Shown here piece after piece: positions 33,422-44,223 of a stretch of DNA of 64,000 nt; the first letter of the stretch is position 1; each line of letters starts with the position of its first letter. The notes under the pieces were generated by a model. It was given only the letters and a program-made list of their open reading frames with translations, was not told the DNA's origin and ran no database searches. A program made the translations under genes and the position numbers. Origin of the DNA: Candidatus Poriferisocius sp. (GTDB lineage Bacteria > Actinomycetota > Acidimicrobiia > Acidimicrobiales > Bin134); contig NZ_CBDCAT010000026.1 of NCBI RefSeq assembly GCF_965214065.1, positions 248,838-312,837 on the forward strand, in the 5' to 3' direction.

Positions 33422-35887
33422 ATGTTTCGCTGGCAGGCCCGCACAATCCAGAGATCACCCCAACTGGTCCTTCTGGCATTGGGGGCGGTCACGCTTGCGA
33501 TGCTGGCCGGATTCCTGGTTCGGGACCAGCCCGAGGGGCCGATCGACTCCACCGGGATCTTCCTTCCCGCCGGCAGCGACCTTGCCGAGGCCACCGATGC
33601 GATCCGGGAGAGTTTTCCCGAAGCGGCTGATTTGCGGGTGGTTCAAATACTGGCCAAGGGAGATGTCCTCACCGCTAATGGCCTTCGTTCGATAAGGGAC
33701 CTCCAGGCCGCCATCATCAGCGATCCAGCGGTAGAGCCGTTTCTGGTAGACGAGCCCCTCTATGGGTACGTACAGCTCATCGAGCTCGCGGCAGCCGATG
33801 TCGGGCTCAGTCTGGACGCGGTTACCGACACCCAAGTCTCACTCGGATTGGCGCAGTTGGCCCAGGACCCCGAACGCGCCGAGCTGAACGATCTTCTGGG
33901 CCGATTCGTGGCCCGCGACGACGTCGGTACCCCCATAGCGGGACTCTCACTGATCATCCTCGACGACGTCGGCGACGCACTCGGCCAGGAAACGGCGCAG
34001 TTGCGGGCCCACGAGATAGCGGATTCATTCGATGCGTCGCCCCTGGATGTGGCGATCGTCACCCTGGCCAAGAGCGACGCTGAAGGCAAGGATGCCCGGG
34101 AACAGAACCTGCTGATCCTCACCGTGATCGCGCTCGCCGTGATCGTGGTACTGCTGGCCCTGTTCTATCGGACCCAGTCCGACGTCCACATCACGATGTT
34201 GGGCCTCGGCATGACGATCCTCTGGACGCTGGGTGCCGTGTCATGGCTCTCCCCCGGGGGTGTCGGAATCGTGGACCCCGACAACATCCTCCTCACGCTC
34301 GTTCCCGTGCTACTCATCAGCCTGTCGGTGGACTACGCCCTTCAGATCATCGGGCGCTACCGAGAAGCCCTCCGCGACAATGCAGCGCAGGGGGATGACC
34401 CCGAGCCCGACGACGACCGTTCCGGCCGGGCCATGGCCCGATCCGTCCGCCTCTGCGGTGTGCCGGTATTGCTGGCCGCAGGCACTACGGCGGTCAGCCT
34501 CCTGGCCAATTTGAGCAGCCGCTTTGAGCCAATCGCCGACTTCGGAATCATCGCCAGCATCGGCGTGATCTCGGGATGGATCGTGATGACCAGTTTCGTG
34601 CCGTCTGCTCGACTGATTCTGGACCGGCGACTTGCCGCCAAGGGGAGAGAGCCGACAACCCGTCCCGTGGCCGACACCATTCCCGGAGCGGCCGCCGTTC
34701 TGCCCCGCATTGCCACCGCCGTCGTGCGCCGCCCGATACAGGTCTTGGGCACGGCCATTGTCATTACGGTGCTGGCCGTAGTGGCGGCCAACAACCTCAG
34801 CACCACTTTTTCTGTCAAAGACTTCTTGCCGAAGGACTCTGACACGTTTAAGAGCTTTGACTTCCTGGAAGAGAACTTTGACGGTAGCGCCACGCTCATG
34901 ACGGTTCTCGTCGAGACCGACGTGGACAGCAACCGAGCCGTTCAGGACCTTACCGGCCTTCACACCGCCCTGATTGACCCAGTACGCCGGCCGAACGGAA
35001 TCGTGGGGGCCCCATTGGCCTCTGCCGGGACGCTACTTGCCGATTGGACAAGCCAGAGCGGACAAGCCGGCGACAGCTACGACGCCGACGTCGCGGCCGC
35101 CTTCGAGAGCCTGGCCGCTGGCAATGAGGCCACCGACGAAGAAGTCCGGCGGGCCTGGGAACAATTGAGGAGGGCAGACCCGGAGGGATTCGCAGAGGTG
35201 ATAGACCTCCGCACCGACGGTTTCGACCGCACCATCATTCAAATACCCGTCGCGGTGAAGGACAACGAGGCTCTCCAAGACCTGATCGACGAGCTTGAGT
35301 GGCTGTGGAGAGGCGTCAGCGGAGAGATCACCGTCACCGGAGGGGACGCCCTTATCGCCCTGATCACCGAGGAATTAGCCGCCAGCCAAGCGCTCAGCGT
35401 GGGTCTTGTCATCGCCGCTGCGCTGGCCATCCTCGTGGCGCACTTCGGAATCAGCCGATCCCGCCCCGCGCTCGGATTGATCACCATCATTCCCATTGCG
35501 GTAACCCTGGCCTGGCTGCTGGGGGCCATGTGGGTGCTTGGGATCTCCTACAACATGGGCACAGCACTCATGGTGGTGCTCACGATCGGGATTGGCGTTG
35601 ACTACACGATCCACCTGACACATCGCTTCTTGGAGGAGCATGAGGAGGCGGAGCGGGTCGTTGACGGTATACGGAATGCGATGACTACCACCGGCGGGGC
35701 TCTTTTGGCCAGCGCGCTCACAACCGCTCTCGGCCTGTTGGCGCTGCTCTTCTCTCCCCTCGTGCCGATGCAGGAACTGGGGATACTCGCTGCGGTGGCC
35801 ATTCTGTTCGGACTGATAGCCGCGTTCACCGTGCTTCCGTCGCTACTGGTGCTCTGGGCCCGCTACCACCGCTGGCGCGCCCACTAA
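33422..35887 (+). CDS. MMPL/RND-superfamily membrane transporter
   Basis: 821 aa. Two 6-TM bundles, each preceded by a large extracytoplasmic loop. SSD-like GVDYALQI / GVDYTIHL motifs. Confidence 0.85.
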   Translation: MFRWQARTIQRSPQLVLLALGAVTLAMLAGFLVRDQPEGPIDSTGIFLPAGSDLAEATDAIRESFPEAADLRVVQILAKGDVLTANGLRSIRDLQAAIISDPAVEPFLVDEPLYGYVQLIELAAADVGLSLDAVTDTQVSLGLAQLAQDPERAELNDLLGRFVARDDVGTPIAGLSLIILDDVGDALGQETAQLRAHEIADSFDASPLDVAIVTLAKSDAEGKDAREQNLLILTVIALAVIVVLLALFYRTQSDVHITMLGLGMTILWTLGAVSWLSPGGVGIVDPDNILLTLVPVLLISLSVDYALQIIGRYREALRDNAAQGDDPEPDDDRSGRAMARSVRLCGVPVLLAAGTTAVSLLANLSSRFEPIADFGIIASIGVISGWIVMTSFVPSARLILDRRLAAKGREPTTRPVADTIPGAAAVLPRIATAVVRRPIQVLGTAIVITVLAVVAANNLSTTFSVKDFLPKDSDTFKSFDFLEENFDGSATLMTVLVETDVDSNRAVQDLTGLHTALIDPVRRPNGIVGAPLASAGTLLADWTSQSGQAGDSYDADVAAAFESLAAGNEATDEEVRRAWEQLRRADPEGFAEVIDLRTDGFDRTIIQIPVAVKDNEALQDLIDELEWLWRGVSGEITVTGGDALIALITEELAASQALSVGLVIAAALAILVAHFGISRSRPALGLITIIPIAVTLAWLLGAMWVLGISYNMGTALMVVLTIGIGVDYTIHLTHRFLEEHEEAERVVDGIRNAMTTTGGALLASALTTALGLLALLFSPLVPMQELGILAAVAILFGLIAAFTVLPSLLVLWARYHRWRAH

Positions 35888-35907
35888 TCCGATTTGGCCA
35901 GCAGCGG

Positions 35908-36621
35908 CTAGAGCGCGGCGCGGCCCGCGCTCAATCCGCCGTCTACGTAGATGACCTGGCCGGTGACGTAGCGAGCGTCGTTGGAGGCCAAAAACCCCAC
36001 TACATCAGCAATGTCTTCAGGGCGGCCGGTTCTGCCCAACGGCACGGCCCGAGCCCGTTGCTCCCCCTTCTCTCCTTCGTAGTTGACCTGGGTGCCCTCG
36101 GTTTGGATCATTCCGGGGCCGACGGCGTTAGCTCGAATGCCCCGAGGGGCCAGCTCCAGAGCGGTCTGTCTGGTGAAGCTCTCTACCGCGGCCTTGGACG
36201 GCGGGTAGATACCCACTCCTGGGGAGTTGGAATTGGCCGCATTCGACGAGAGGTTGACAATGGCCGAACCCGGTCCCATCAGGGGGGCCAACGCCTGCGT
36301 GCAGTTGAATACCCCCATCACGTTTACCTCCAACACCCGGCGCACGTCTTCTGGGGTCATGGTGTCCAGCTTGGCGAAGATCCAGATGCCGGCGTTGTTC
36401 ACCAGTACGTCCACATGATCTAGCGACTGGGCCAGGGTGGCCACCGATTCGGGATCGGAAACATCGCACTGCCGCCATTGGCCGCCGAGCTCTTCTGCGG
36501 TGGCCGAGGCGGTATTCGGATTCTGATCCACCGCCACGATCTGGTGTCCATCGGCGGTCAGGCGCTTGGAAATCGCCCGCCCGAGCCCCTGTCCCGCACC
36601 GGTTACAACTGCTAGTCCCAT
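35908..36621 (-). CDS. SDR family oxidoreductase (FabG-like)
   Basis: Internal ATG (MGLAVVTGAGQGLGRAI). NNAG, the YPPSK catalytic pair, PGMIQT. Confidence 0.85.
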   Translation of the reverse strand: MGLAVVTGAGQGLGRAISKRLTADGHQIVAVDQNPNTASATAEELGGQWRQCDVSDPESVATLAQSLDHVDVLVNNAGIWIFAKLDTMTPEDVRRVLEVNVMGVFNCTQALAPLMGPGSAIVNLSSNAANSNSPGVGIYPPSKAAVESFTRQTALELAPRGIRANAVGPGMIQTEGTQVNYEGEKGEQRARAVPLGRTGRPEDIADVVGFLASNDARYVTGQVIYVDGGLSAGRAAL

Positions 36622-36668
36622 CGAGCCAGCATGACAGATCGACTGCGGCAGGTTGATACGTTGCCGAC

Positions 36669-37883
36669 GTGCTCCACCACCGCCATCCCTACCGCTGGGT
36701 GATGCTGGGGGCACTGGGGCTGGTGTACTTCTCCTTCGGGATAGCGGTATTCGGCATGACCCCGCTGGTAAACGTGATCCGAGAAGACTTGGATCTGAGC
36801 AAAGGGGCCATGGGAACGATTCTGGGGGCTTGGCCTCTTGTGTTTCTCGTTGCGGCTATGCCAGCTGGAGCGCTCGTCGATCGGCTCGGACTGCGTCGCT
36901 CACTGGGAATCGCCACCGTGATCATCTCCGCCTCCGCGCTGTTGCGTCCGGTGGTCACCAACTTCATCGGCATGTTTGGCTCGGTGGCATTGTTTGGTCT
37001 CGGCGGGCCGCTGGTTTCTGTAGGGGCTCCCAAGCTGATCAGTGTGTGGTTCGACGAGGAAGAGCGAGCGCTGGCCATGGGAATCACCATGTCTGCACCG
37101 GCCATCGGCGGAGTCTTGCCCCTGGTTACCGCCAACAGCCTCCTCATGCCGGCACTCGACCAGAGCTGGCGAGCGACGCTCATGGTTTACGCCCTCATCA
37201 CCGTGGCGATCATCGCTGTCTGGTTGGTCGCCGCATCTGCGGGTGAGCGGCTCGCTCCTGGGGTGGACCGCGATGCCAATCCCGACCACGGCTTCTCCGG
37301 TGCCAGGGGGCTCTTGCGTCATCGAGCTGTCCAGCTAATGCTGATCGTGGCCCTAGGCATGTTCTTCTTCAACCACTCCCTCAATGGATGGCTGCCAACC
37401 GTGATCGAAGACCGGGGATTCTCCAGTTCAGCAGCGGGCTACCTCGCTGGTGCGGTCACTGCCCTCAGCATCGTCGGTGCACTGCTTGGGCCGCGCCTGA
37501 TCCCAGAAAGCAGTCGGATCGCGGTTATGGCCGGGGTTTATGCCGTGTTCGCCGCCGCCTCCATTCTGCTGTATGTGGACGTCAAGGCAGCCACCTTGGC
37601 CGGGTTGGCCATAATCGGCATGAGCAGAGGGCTGGCTGTACCGATTGCCCTTGTGGTGATGATGCAGCTCCCCGGCGTTGCGCAGCGCAATATGGGAGCG
37701 GCCGGTGGATTGTTCTTCACAGTTGGTGAAGCCGGTGGCGTAACCGGACCGATCTTGTTCGGCGTTCTCGCCGACATCGGTGGTTTCGGTGCCGGGCTAG
37801 TGCTGCTTACTGGGGTAGCCGGCCTAACCGGAATCCTGACCCTGGGCCTTCGCTCAGCAATGGCGCGCGTGAGGGACTGCTAG
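36669..37883 (+). CDS. MFS transporter
   Basis: 404 aa, 12 predicted TM helices, and a GALVDRLGLRR loop 2-3 motif. Confidence 0.8.
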   Translation: MLHHRHPYRWVMLGALGLVYFSFGIAVFGMTPLVNVIREDLDLSKGAMGTILGAWPLVFLVAAMPAGALVDRLGLRRSLGIATVIISASALLRPVVTNFIGMFGSVALFGLGGPLVSVGAPKLISVWFDEEERALAMGITMSAPAIGGVLPLVTANSLLMPALDQSWRATLMVYALITVAIIAVWLVAASAGERLAPGVDRDANPDHGFSGARGLLRHRAVQLMLIVALGMFFFNHSLNGWLPTVIEDRGFSSSAAGYLAGAVTALSIVGALLGPRLIPESSRIAVMAGVYAVFAAASILLYVDVKAATLAGLAIIGMSRGLAVPIALVVMMQLPGVAQRNMGAAGGLFFTVGEAGGVTGPILFGVLADIGGFGAGLVLLTGVAGLTGILTLGLRSAMARVRDC

Positions 37884-38047
37884 TGGTCCGTCTGTGAATT
37901 GGCAGGTACGGATTGCGACGGCAGCGGCGTTCCTCGCAAGGCGCACCGACGCAGCCATACCCGGAGCGTACGGCAAGGAGGAGCAACGCCGCGAGGGGCG
38001 TCGATGCCTAGCAGGACGCCCTGCTCAATTTGCAGACGGACCACTAG
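37880..38047. repeat. 168-bp element bounded by a perfect 15-bp inverted repeat (possible bidirectional terminator, structured RNA or MITE-like insert)
   Basis: CTAGTGGTCCGTCTG (37880-37894) pairs with CAGACGGACCACTAG (38033-38047). The helix extends through GAATTG/CAATTT and GCAGG/CCTGC. The arms contain the TAG stops of both convergent genes. Confidence 0.6.
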
Positions 38048-40314
38048 GCGCCCCGACCCTGGATGAGCTCCTGCAAGGCGTCGTCTTCGCTTACCAGCTT
38101 GGTCACCACCGCCTCGTCGACGTCGGCGACGATGATCTCGCCCACCTCGTCGGATACTGAGGCGAAGAAGCCGAGCTCCTTCATACCCACGGCTTGGCGA
38201 TAGTTGTCCTCGGTGGGTGTGAGGTATTGGATCGACACCGCGCTGTAGCGGCGGATGAGGTACAGGTGCATGAGCGCCATCAGCCGCTTGCGGCGCAGTG
38301 CCGGGCTGTGGGTGTTCTGATCCCGCACGGAGAGGATGGCCCGGCCCCGTCGGTCGGTCAGCACTCCGAACACCACGTTGGCCAAGTCGTTGTCGCCGCT
38401 ATACACCACCAGCTCGAGAATCTCCGACCCGGCGGTGTAGGGCCGCAGCTTCACTTTCAGCTGGGCGTCGATGGTGTTGTGGGCCGCCCAGCGCTCCAGC
38501 CAAGCCTCCAGCTCTCGGGTGGGCACCTCGGTCTGCACCAAGTGCTGGAACTGGGTTGAGCCCTTGCCCATGGCCCGGGTGGTGGCGGTTCGCCCCGAAC
38601 TGGCCATAAGCGCGGCATCAAGTCGAGGCCCACCAACCAGGGTCTGCGGCGTCCTATACGGGGAATCCACCAGGCGGAACCTCCGCTGAAGCCGGGCCAA
38701 GGCCAGCATTCCATCCTGTTGGAGGGAGGCGGCGAACTCCTCCCCCGCCATCCCATCCACTTGGTGGCCGCCGTAGGTGATGAAGTTGAACACGAATCCC
38801 AACCGGCCCAATTCCGCGGGGAATTGCCGCATCTCGTCCTCGCTCATGCCGGTGGTGTCCCAGTTGAACGACGGTGACAGGTTGTAGGCCAGCATCTTGT
38901 CCGGATATACCGCATGGACGGCCTCGGCAAACTCTCGGGCATCCTCCAAGTCAGCCGTTTTGGTTTCCATCCACAGCAAATCGCAAAACGGAGCCACCGC
39001 CAGCGACTTGGCCACGGCATAGGGGATCCCGCCCTGCACCTGGTAGTACCCCTCGGTGGTCCGGGCCACCTCGGGATCCCAGGCCACATCCAGGCCCATC
39101 TCCACAGCCCGTTCCTGAGCGGTGTCAGTGTCAACCGTGCGGGCGTAGCTAAGCCACTCCCCCACATCCATTCCAAAGGTCTCACCTTCCGCTGACCGCA
39201 TGGCCAGCTGGTCTGCAACCGCCTGGGCATAGGTGGCCAAGCCCGATGCCCGGTGCCATGCCTCGGCCAGCGCATCTGAGACCCGGTCCACTGCTTCGTC
39301 AGCTCGGGGGTCGGGAGAGGAGTGGTAGGTGACCGCCGTCTTCTCAATGATCTGATTAACACCGGTCTGATCGAGCCAGCCCATGGCTCGCTTGTAGCGA
39401 CTCTCGGGCACGGCATACAGCAGGTGGCCGTTCACACCCTCCACACCGACCTCGGACAGGCGGCGCAATACCGCCAAGTAGGCGTCCTTGTATGAGGGGA
39501 CCGCTAGCTGAGTAGCCCCCATGATGAACGGCTGGTCGCGCTCGTCGGTACCGCCGTCCAATAGGTTGGCCGCCTCCGCGTCGGTGCGGGCCACGATGAT
39601 TCCGGGAACTCCCATCACGTCGAGCTGGAACCGGGTTGCGTTCAACCGCTTGATCTGCTCATCGCACGGCACCAGAACCTTGCCACCCTGGTGACCGCAC
39701 TTCTTGACGCCGGGCTTTTGATCTTCAATGTGATAGCCGGGTACACCAGCCTCCACGAAGCGGCGGATCAGATTGCGGACATGGGCATCGCCGCCGTGAC
39801 CAGTGTCGGCATCGGCGATGATGCTGGGGGTGAAATCGACCATCGGGTTGGCCAAGCGCTCCGATGCGGTCATCCGGGACCGGGCGAAGCGCTGGTTGCG
39901 GTCGGCGGTCAACAGCGCCCTCACCAGTCCGGCAGCCTCGTCGGGCACCATGCTCAAGGGGTAGCTGGCCAGGTCAGGTCCAGGGTCTTCGTGCAGAGAT
40001 CCCTTGGCTGACGTAGCCCATCCACCCAGGTAGATCCCCTCGATCCCCGCGCGCTTCATGGCAACGGCCTGGCCCGGGGAATACGGGCCAAACGTGGAGA
40101 TGCACTGGCCCTCGTCGAACAGCTCACGCAGACGGGAGTGGAAGCGGTCAGCGGCTACGCGAGCCACGGTGTAGTCCTGGTCAATCGCTCCGCGTTGCTC
40201 CACCACTTGGCGAGCCGAGTACAGGCGGGTCACCCCCTCAAAGCGGGGCGAGGCCATCCACGCCTGGGCGGATCGGACCTCGGCATCGAATGAACCGGCA
40301 GCGTTGACGGCCAT
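38044..40314 (-). CDS. aceA: isocitrate lyase, long ICL2 (AceAb-type) form
   Basis: Internal ATG ([10 protein letters not shown]..) of track ORF 38044..40395. KKCGHQGGK signature and a ~750-aa length with an inserted and a C-terminal regulatory domain. Confidence 0.9.
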   Translation of the reverse strand: MAVNAAGSFDAEVRSAQAWMASPRFEGVTRLYSARQVVEQRGAIDQDYTVARVAADRFHSRLRELFDEGQCISTFGPYSPGQAVAMKRAGIEGIYLGGWATSAKGSLHEDPGPDLASYPLSMVPDEAAGLVRALLTADRNQRFARSRMTASERLANPMVDFTPSIIADADTGHGGDAHVRNLIRRFVEAGVPGYHIEDQKPGVKKCGHQGGKVLVPCDEQIKRLNATRFQLDVMGVPGIIVARTDAEAANLLDGGTDERDQPFIMGATQLAVPSYKDAYLAVLRRLSEVGVEGVNGHLLYAVPESRYKRAMGWLDQTGVNQIIEKTAVTYHSSPDPRADEAVDRVSDALAEAWHRASGLATYAQAVADQLAMRSAEGETFGMDVGEWLSYARTVDTDTAQERAVEMGLDVAWDPEVARTTEGYYQVQGGIPYAVAKSLAVAPFCDLLWMETKTADLEDAREFAEAVHAVYPDKMLAYNLSPSFNWDTTGMSEDEMRQFPAELGRLGFVFNFITYGGHQVDGMAGEEFAASLQQDGMLALARLQRRFRLVDSPYRTPQTLVGGPRLDAALMASSGRTATTRAMGKGSTQFQHLVQTEVPTRELEAWLERWAAHNTIDAQLKVKLRPYTAGSEILELVVYSGDNDLANVVFGVLTDRRGRAILSVRDQNTHSPALRRKRLMALMHLYLIRRYSAVSIQYLTPTEDNYRQAVGMKELGFFASVSDEVGEIIVADVDEAVVTKLVSEDDALQELIQGRGA

Positions 40315-40451
40315 GCTGATACCTCTTTGGTGGCTGGAGGGCTGTTGATCGGGCAGGCTAGCAATCGCACCACTTCTAACTGCACCTTTATTCACGGGAA
40401 ATCTGATCTTGCCTAAGAAAACAGGTTTGCCCGGACCTACCCTGACTTCTC

Positions 40452-42620
40452 GTGGTCTACGAGACGATTGGAAGGCTGAAGGTCGCCGGCCCTCTGGCCG
40501 ATTTCATTGCCAACCGGCTGGCGCCGAGTACTGGAGTGGACCCTGAGGAATTCTGGACCTCATTCGGCGGTATCGTTGAACGCTTTCGACCGCAAGTTCA
40601 GGCATGCCGCAACGAGCGAGACGACCTCCAGGCCCAGATTGACGCTTGGCACCAAGACCCCGAAAAACAGCCCGAGGAGGCCAATGCCTTCTTGCGATCT
40701 ATTGGCTATCTGGTCGATAACCCCGGCCCCAGTTCAGTGGCCACCGAGGGAGTCGACCCGGAGATCGCATTGACGGCCGGACCGCAGCTCGTGGTGCCAG
40801 TGGACAACGCCCGCTATGCCCTCAACGCGGCCAATGCCCGCTGGGGCAGCCTGTACGACGCCTTCTACGGAACCGATGTCATTGACGAATTAGGAGGTGC
40901 TGGGCGAGCCGGTCCGTACAACCCAGTAAGGGGTCAGCGGGTGATCGACCGAGTTCGATCACTGCTGGATAGCCAAATCCCCCTGGCATCTGGATCGCAT
41001 GCCGATGCAGTGGCCTATGCGGTGTCCGATGGCAGGCTGCGGGTAGATCTGTCCGACGGCACCTCGGCCGAGCTAGCCGATCTCGAACAGTTGGCGGGCT
41101 ACACCGGCGATGGGTCGGCTCCCGAAACGGTGCTGCTGCAAAAGCACGGGCTCCACATTGAGCTGGTAATCGACCGGAACCGCGACATCGGCCGAGATGA
41201 CCCTGCGGGGATTGCCGACGTGATGATGGAGTCGGCCCTTACCACCATCATGGATCTCGAGGATTCGGTGGCCGCGGTGGACGCCGATGATAAGGCCCGG
41301 GCCTACGCAAACTGGCTTGGCCTGATGCAGGGCAATCTCACTGCTTCGTTCGCCAAAGGCGGCCGGGCCGTGACCCGCAGCCTGAATGCCGACTCGGCAG
41401 CGCTTGATCCGTCGGGGAATCCGATGGCTGTGCGGCGGCGCAGCGTCATGCTGATTCGCAGCGTAGGCCTGCACATGGATAGTGACATGGTGCGAGTGCA
41501 CGATCAGTCGATTCCTGAGACGATTATCGACGTTGCAGTAGCCGCCTGGTGTGCAAAGTTCGATCTGGCCGGAACCGGACCCCATCGAAATAGCCGTACC
41601 GGGTCGGTCTACATCGTGATGCCGAAGCTGCACGGCCCCCGCGAGACCGCATTAGTTAGGCAGCTATTCTCCAACGTTGAAGACGTTCTGAGTCTTGCCC
41701 CTAACACCTTGAAGATGGGGATTATGGACGAGGAGCGGCGCACGTCGCTCAATCTGGCTGCGTGCATCGCCGAGGCTTCCGAACGGGTGGTGTTCATCAA
41801 CACCGGGTTCTTGGACCGCACCGGAGACGACATTCACACCAACATGCACGCCGGTCCCATGATCCCCAAGGCGGAGATCAAGACGTCGAGGTGGCTCACT
41901 GCCTACGAGGATGCCAACGTGGCTGTCGGGCTGGCGATGGGCCTGCCAGGGCACGCCCAGATCGGCAAGGGCATGTGGGCCAGGCCCGACGACATGGCCG
42001 CCATGCTGGACGAGAAGGTCGTCCACCCTATAGCCGGGGCGTCCACTGCGTGGGTGCCCTCCCCTACCGCGGCCACCCTTCACGCTCTTCATTACCTGGA
42101 GACCGATGTGGGCGCCCGGCAAGGTGAACTAGCTGCCTCTCCCGCCGACCGCGACGCCGCCGTTCAAGCCATGCTGACCCCCGCTGTGCTTCCGCCGGAC
42201 CGCGAGCTGTCTCCTGCTGAGATTCAGCGGGAGTTGGACAACAACGCGCAGGGCATCTTGGGCTACGTAACCCGGTGGGTGGGCCAGGGCGTGGGCTGCT
42301 CCAAGGTGCCCGACATCGACAACATCGGGCTCATGGAGGACCGGGCCACCCTGCGAATTTCCTCTCAGCACATCGCCAACTGGCTCCACCACGGTCTGCT
42401 GTCCGAAGAGCAGGTAGTAGAGGCCATGCGGCGGATGGCCTCAGTGGTGGACAGCCAGAACGCCGACGATCCCGACTATGAGCCCATGAGCAGCGATTTC
42501 TCGGCCAGCGTCCCGTTCAACGCGGCTCTCGCTTTGGTACTCAAAGGGCGAGAACAGCCCAACGGCTATACCGAGGCGATCCTCACCGCCCACCGCCGCC
42601 GCCAGAAGGCGGCCGGCTAG
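40452..42620 (+). CDS. glcB: malate synthase G
   Basis: 722 aa with a GTG start. Family-typical blocks [34 protein letters not shown] and [15 protein letters not shown]. Confidence 0.92.
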   Translation: MVYETIGRLKVAGPLADFIANRLAPSTGVDPEEFWTSFGGIVERFRPQVQACRNERDDLQAQIDAWHQDPEKQPEEANAFLRSIGYLVDNPGPSSVATEGVDPEIALTAGPQLVVPVDNARYALNAANARWGSLYDAFYGTDVIDELGGAGRAGPYNPVRGQRVIDRVRSLLDSQIPLASGSHADAVAYAVSDGRLRVDLSDGTSAELADLEQLAGYTGDGSAPETVLLQKHGLHIELVIDRNRDIGRDDPAGIADVMMESALTTIMDLEDSVAAVDADDKARAYANWLGLMQGNLTASFAKGGRAVTRSLNADSAALDPSGNPMAVRRRSVMLIRSVGLHMDSDMVRVHDQSIPETIIDVAVAAWCAKFDLAGTGPHRNSRTGSVYIVMPKLHGPRETALVRQLFSNVEDVLSLAPNTLKMGIMDEERRTSLNLAACIAEASERVVFINTGFLDRTGDDIHTNMHAGPMIPKAEIKTSRWLTAYEDANVAVGLAMGLPGHAQIGKGMWARPDDMAAMLDEKVVHPIAGASTAWVPSPTAATLHALHYLETDVGARQGELAASPADRDAAVQAMLTPAVLPPDRELSPAEIQRELDNNAQGILGYVTRWVGQGVGCSKVPDIDNIGLMEDRATLRISSQHIANWLHHGLLSEEQVVEAMRRMASVVDSQNADDPDYEPMSSDFSASVPFNAALALVLKGREQPNGYTEAILTAHRRRQKAAG

Positions 42621-42638
42621 CCAGCCAGGCTCCCCGCC

Positions 42639-43364
42639 CTACAACCCCCAGGGACTCAGATCTACCTGGAGCTCGCGGAGTCGGTCGATGATCAAGGGGG
42701 GATCCATGGTCATGGCCGGCCAGTGGTAGTCGTAGATGCGGATGTTCAGCACGAAAGCGATGTACTCGGCCACCTGGTCGACGGTGAAGTAGATGCCCCG
42801 CCGGCCGAGAGACGCCTCGTAGGCGGCCCCGTTCTCACGATTCAGCACGAAGTTGGTGTGGTCGCACATATGCTTCATGTCGGTGCTCACCCAATCCCAG
42901 ATCACTTCGGTGCACAGAATCAAAGGCTCGGATGGCTCGGCTGAGATCAGCTTGAAATCCTTCGACACCAGGGTGATGGGCTTCAGCGTGTGGGCGTCGT
43001 AGGTCCGCAACTCCACTTCCTTGCCTCGGAAGTACGGGGTCCACGACACACCGATCCCCTCGTGGGCGCAGCCGATGTAGCTGTGGAACTCACCGTCGAT
43101 GAACATCTCCACCTGGCTGGGAAACGCCGAGAACGGCGGGGCCTTCAAGATGTCGCAGTTGGGCGAGGCCTCGTCGATCACGAACACAATCCCCAACTGC
43201 AACAGCTTGAGCGCCTCCATCAAGCGGCGCCGCTCGATGCCGGTCCCAGCGTGCATTGCAGCCAAGTTGGGAGCCCGCTTGTTCTCCCCCCAGTAGTCGA
43301 ACACGAACTTCCGCAGTTCCAGGGCGTCCTCGGTCCACTCGATCTCGGGCACATGCTGGGGCAT
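42639..43364 (-). CDS. hypothetical protein, possible alkylmercury-lyase (MerB)-like fold
   Basis: Internal ATG with an AAAGGGA Shine-Dalgarno sequence. wHTH-like N-terminus. YIGCAHEG and HMCDHTNFV resemble the MerB Cys96-x-x-Asp99 and Cys159 contexts (by eye only). Confidence 0.3.
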   Translation of the reverse strand: MPQHVPEIEWTEDALELRKFVFDYWGENKRAPNLAAMHAGTGIERRRLMEALKLLQLGIVFVIDEASPNCDILKAPPFSAFPSQVEMFIDGEFHSYIGCAHEGIGVSWTPYFRGKEVELRTYDAHTLKPITLVSKDFKLISAEPSEPLILCTEVIWDWVSTDMKHMCDHTNFVLNRENGAAYEASLGRRGIYFTVDQVAEYIAFVLNIRIYDYHWPAMTMDPPLIIDRLRELQVDLSPWGL

Positions 43365-43389
43365 TGGTCTGTTCCCTTTCTGTTGCGAC

Positions 43390-44160
43390 TCAGATCTTGG
43401 CCGCCGAGCCGCCGTCCACGTAAAGCTGGCTGGCGTTGGTGAATCCGGAGGCCTCCGAGGCCGCGAACACAATTGTCCGGGCCACCTCGTCGGCTCGGCC
43501 CACTCGGCCCTGGGGAATCCGGCCCCCGAGCACTTTGTCGGCGAATTCCTGGGGGCTCAACCCCTGGGCTTCAGCGCCTTTGGCCACCATCTCCATCAAT
43601 CGGTCGGTGGCCGTGGGCCCGGGGTGCACTGCCACCACCCGGACCCCGTCGGGGGCCACCAGTTGTCCCGCCGAAGCAGTCACATGAGTCAGCGCGGTCA
43701 CGATGCAAGCCAGCACATAGCCAGGCGATGCTTCCGTGCCCGCCACTCCGAGCACGTTCACAATTGAACCCGAGCCCTGCTGCTGCATCGCCGGCAGTAC
43801 CGCTCGCATGGCCCGCACATACCCCATGAGCTTCAGGTCGATCGTCTCCTGCCACGCCTCTTCTTCAGCTTCGAGGATCGAACCCCCGGTGGACGAGCCG
43901 GCATTGTTGACCAACACGTCCGCTCCGCCCAGTTGGTCCATGGCCTCGTTCATGGCCGCCGCCACCCCTTCGGCAGTCGACAAGTCAGCGATCACCGGGA
44001 TCCCGCCGATCTCTGCGGCCAGTGCCTCCACATCGGCATTGGTGCGGGCGACAACAGCCACCCGAGCCCCCTCATCGGCAAAAATCCTGGACGCGGCCGC
44101 CCCGATCCCTCGGCTCCCCCCTGTCACGATCACCCGAGCTTCCTGGAGTCCTAGATCCAT
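43390..44160 (-). CDS. SDR family oxidoreductase
   Basis: 256 aa. TGGSRGIG and NNAG motifs, classical SDR length. Confidence 0.85.
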   Translation of the reverse strand: MDLGLQEARVIVTGGSRGIGAAASRIFADEGARVAVVARTNADVEALAAEIGGIPVIADLSTAEGVAAAMNEAMDQLGGADVLVNNAGSSTGGSILEAEEEAWQETIDLKLMGYVRAMRAVLPAMQQQGSGSIVNVLGVAGTEASPGYVLACIVTALTHVTASAGQLVAPDGVRVVAVHPGPTATDRLMEMVAKGAEAQGLSPQEFADKVLGGRIPQGRVGRADEVARTIVFAASEASGFTNASQLYVDGGSAAKI

Positions 44161-44223
44161 AAGCGACGACGTTACCGTCGCTCGATCCTCAGCACCGATG
44201 ATCGTTCACTTTGATCGTGGGCA

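Noticed and set aside
37884-38160. Possible tRNA or small CDS (track ORF 37894..38160) in the MFS/ICL2 spacer
   Set aside because: No T-loop (GTTCRANNC) or cloverleaf is apparent. The 88-aa ORF runs antisense into the ICL2 C-terminus and has no SD. The region is better explained by the inverted-repeat element.
40396-40451. AAAACAGGTTTGC upstream of glcB as a RamB-type operator
   Set aside because: There is only a partial resemblance to the corynebacterial/mycobacterial RamB box as I remember it (AAAACTTTGCAAA). It is a single copy and cannot be evaluated without a matrix scan.
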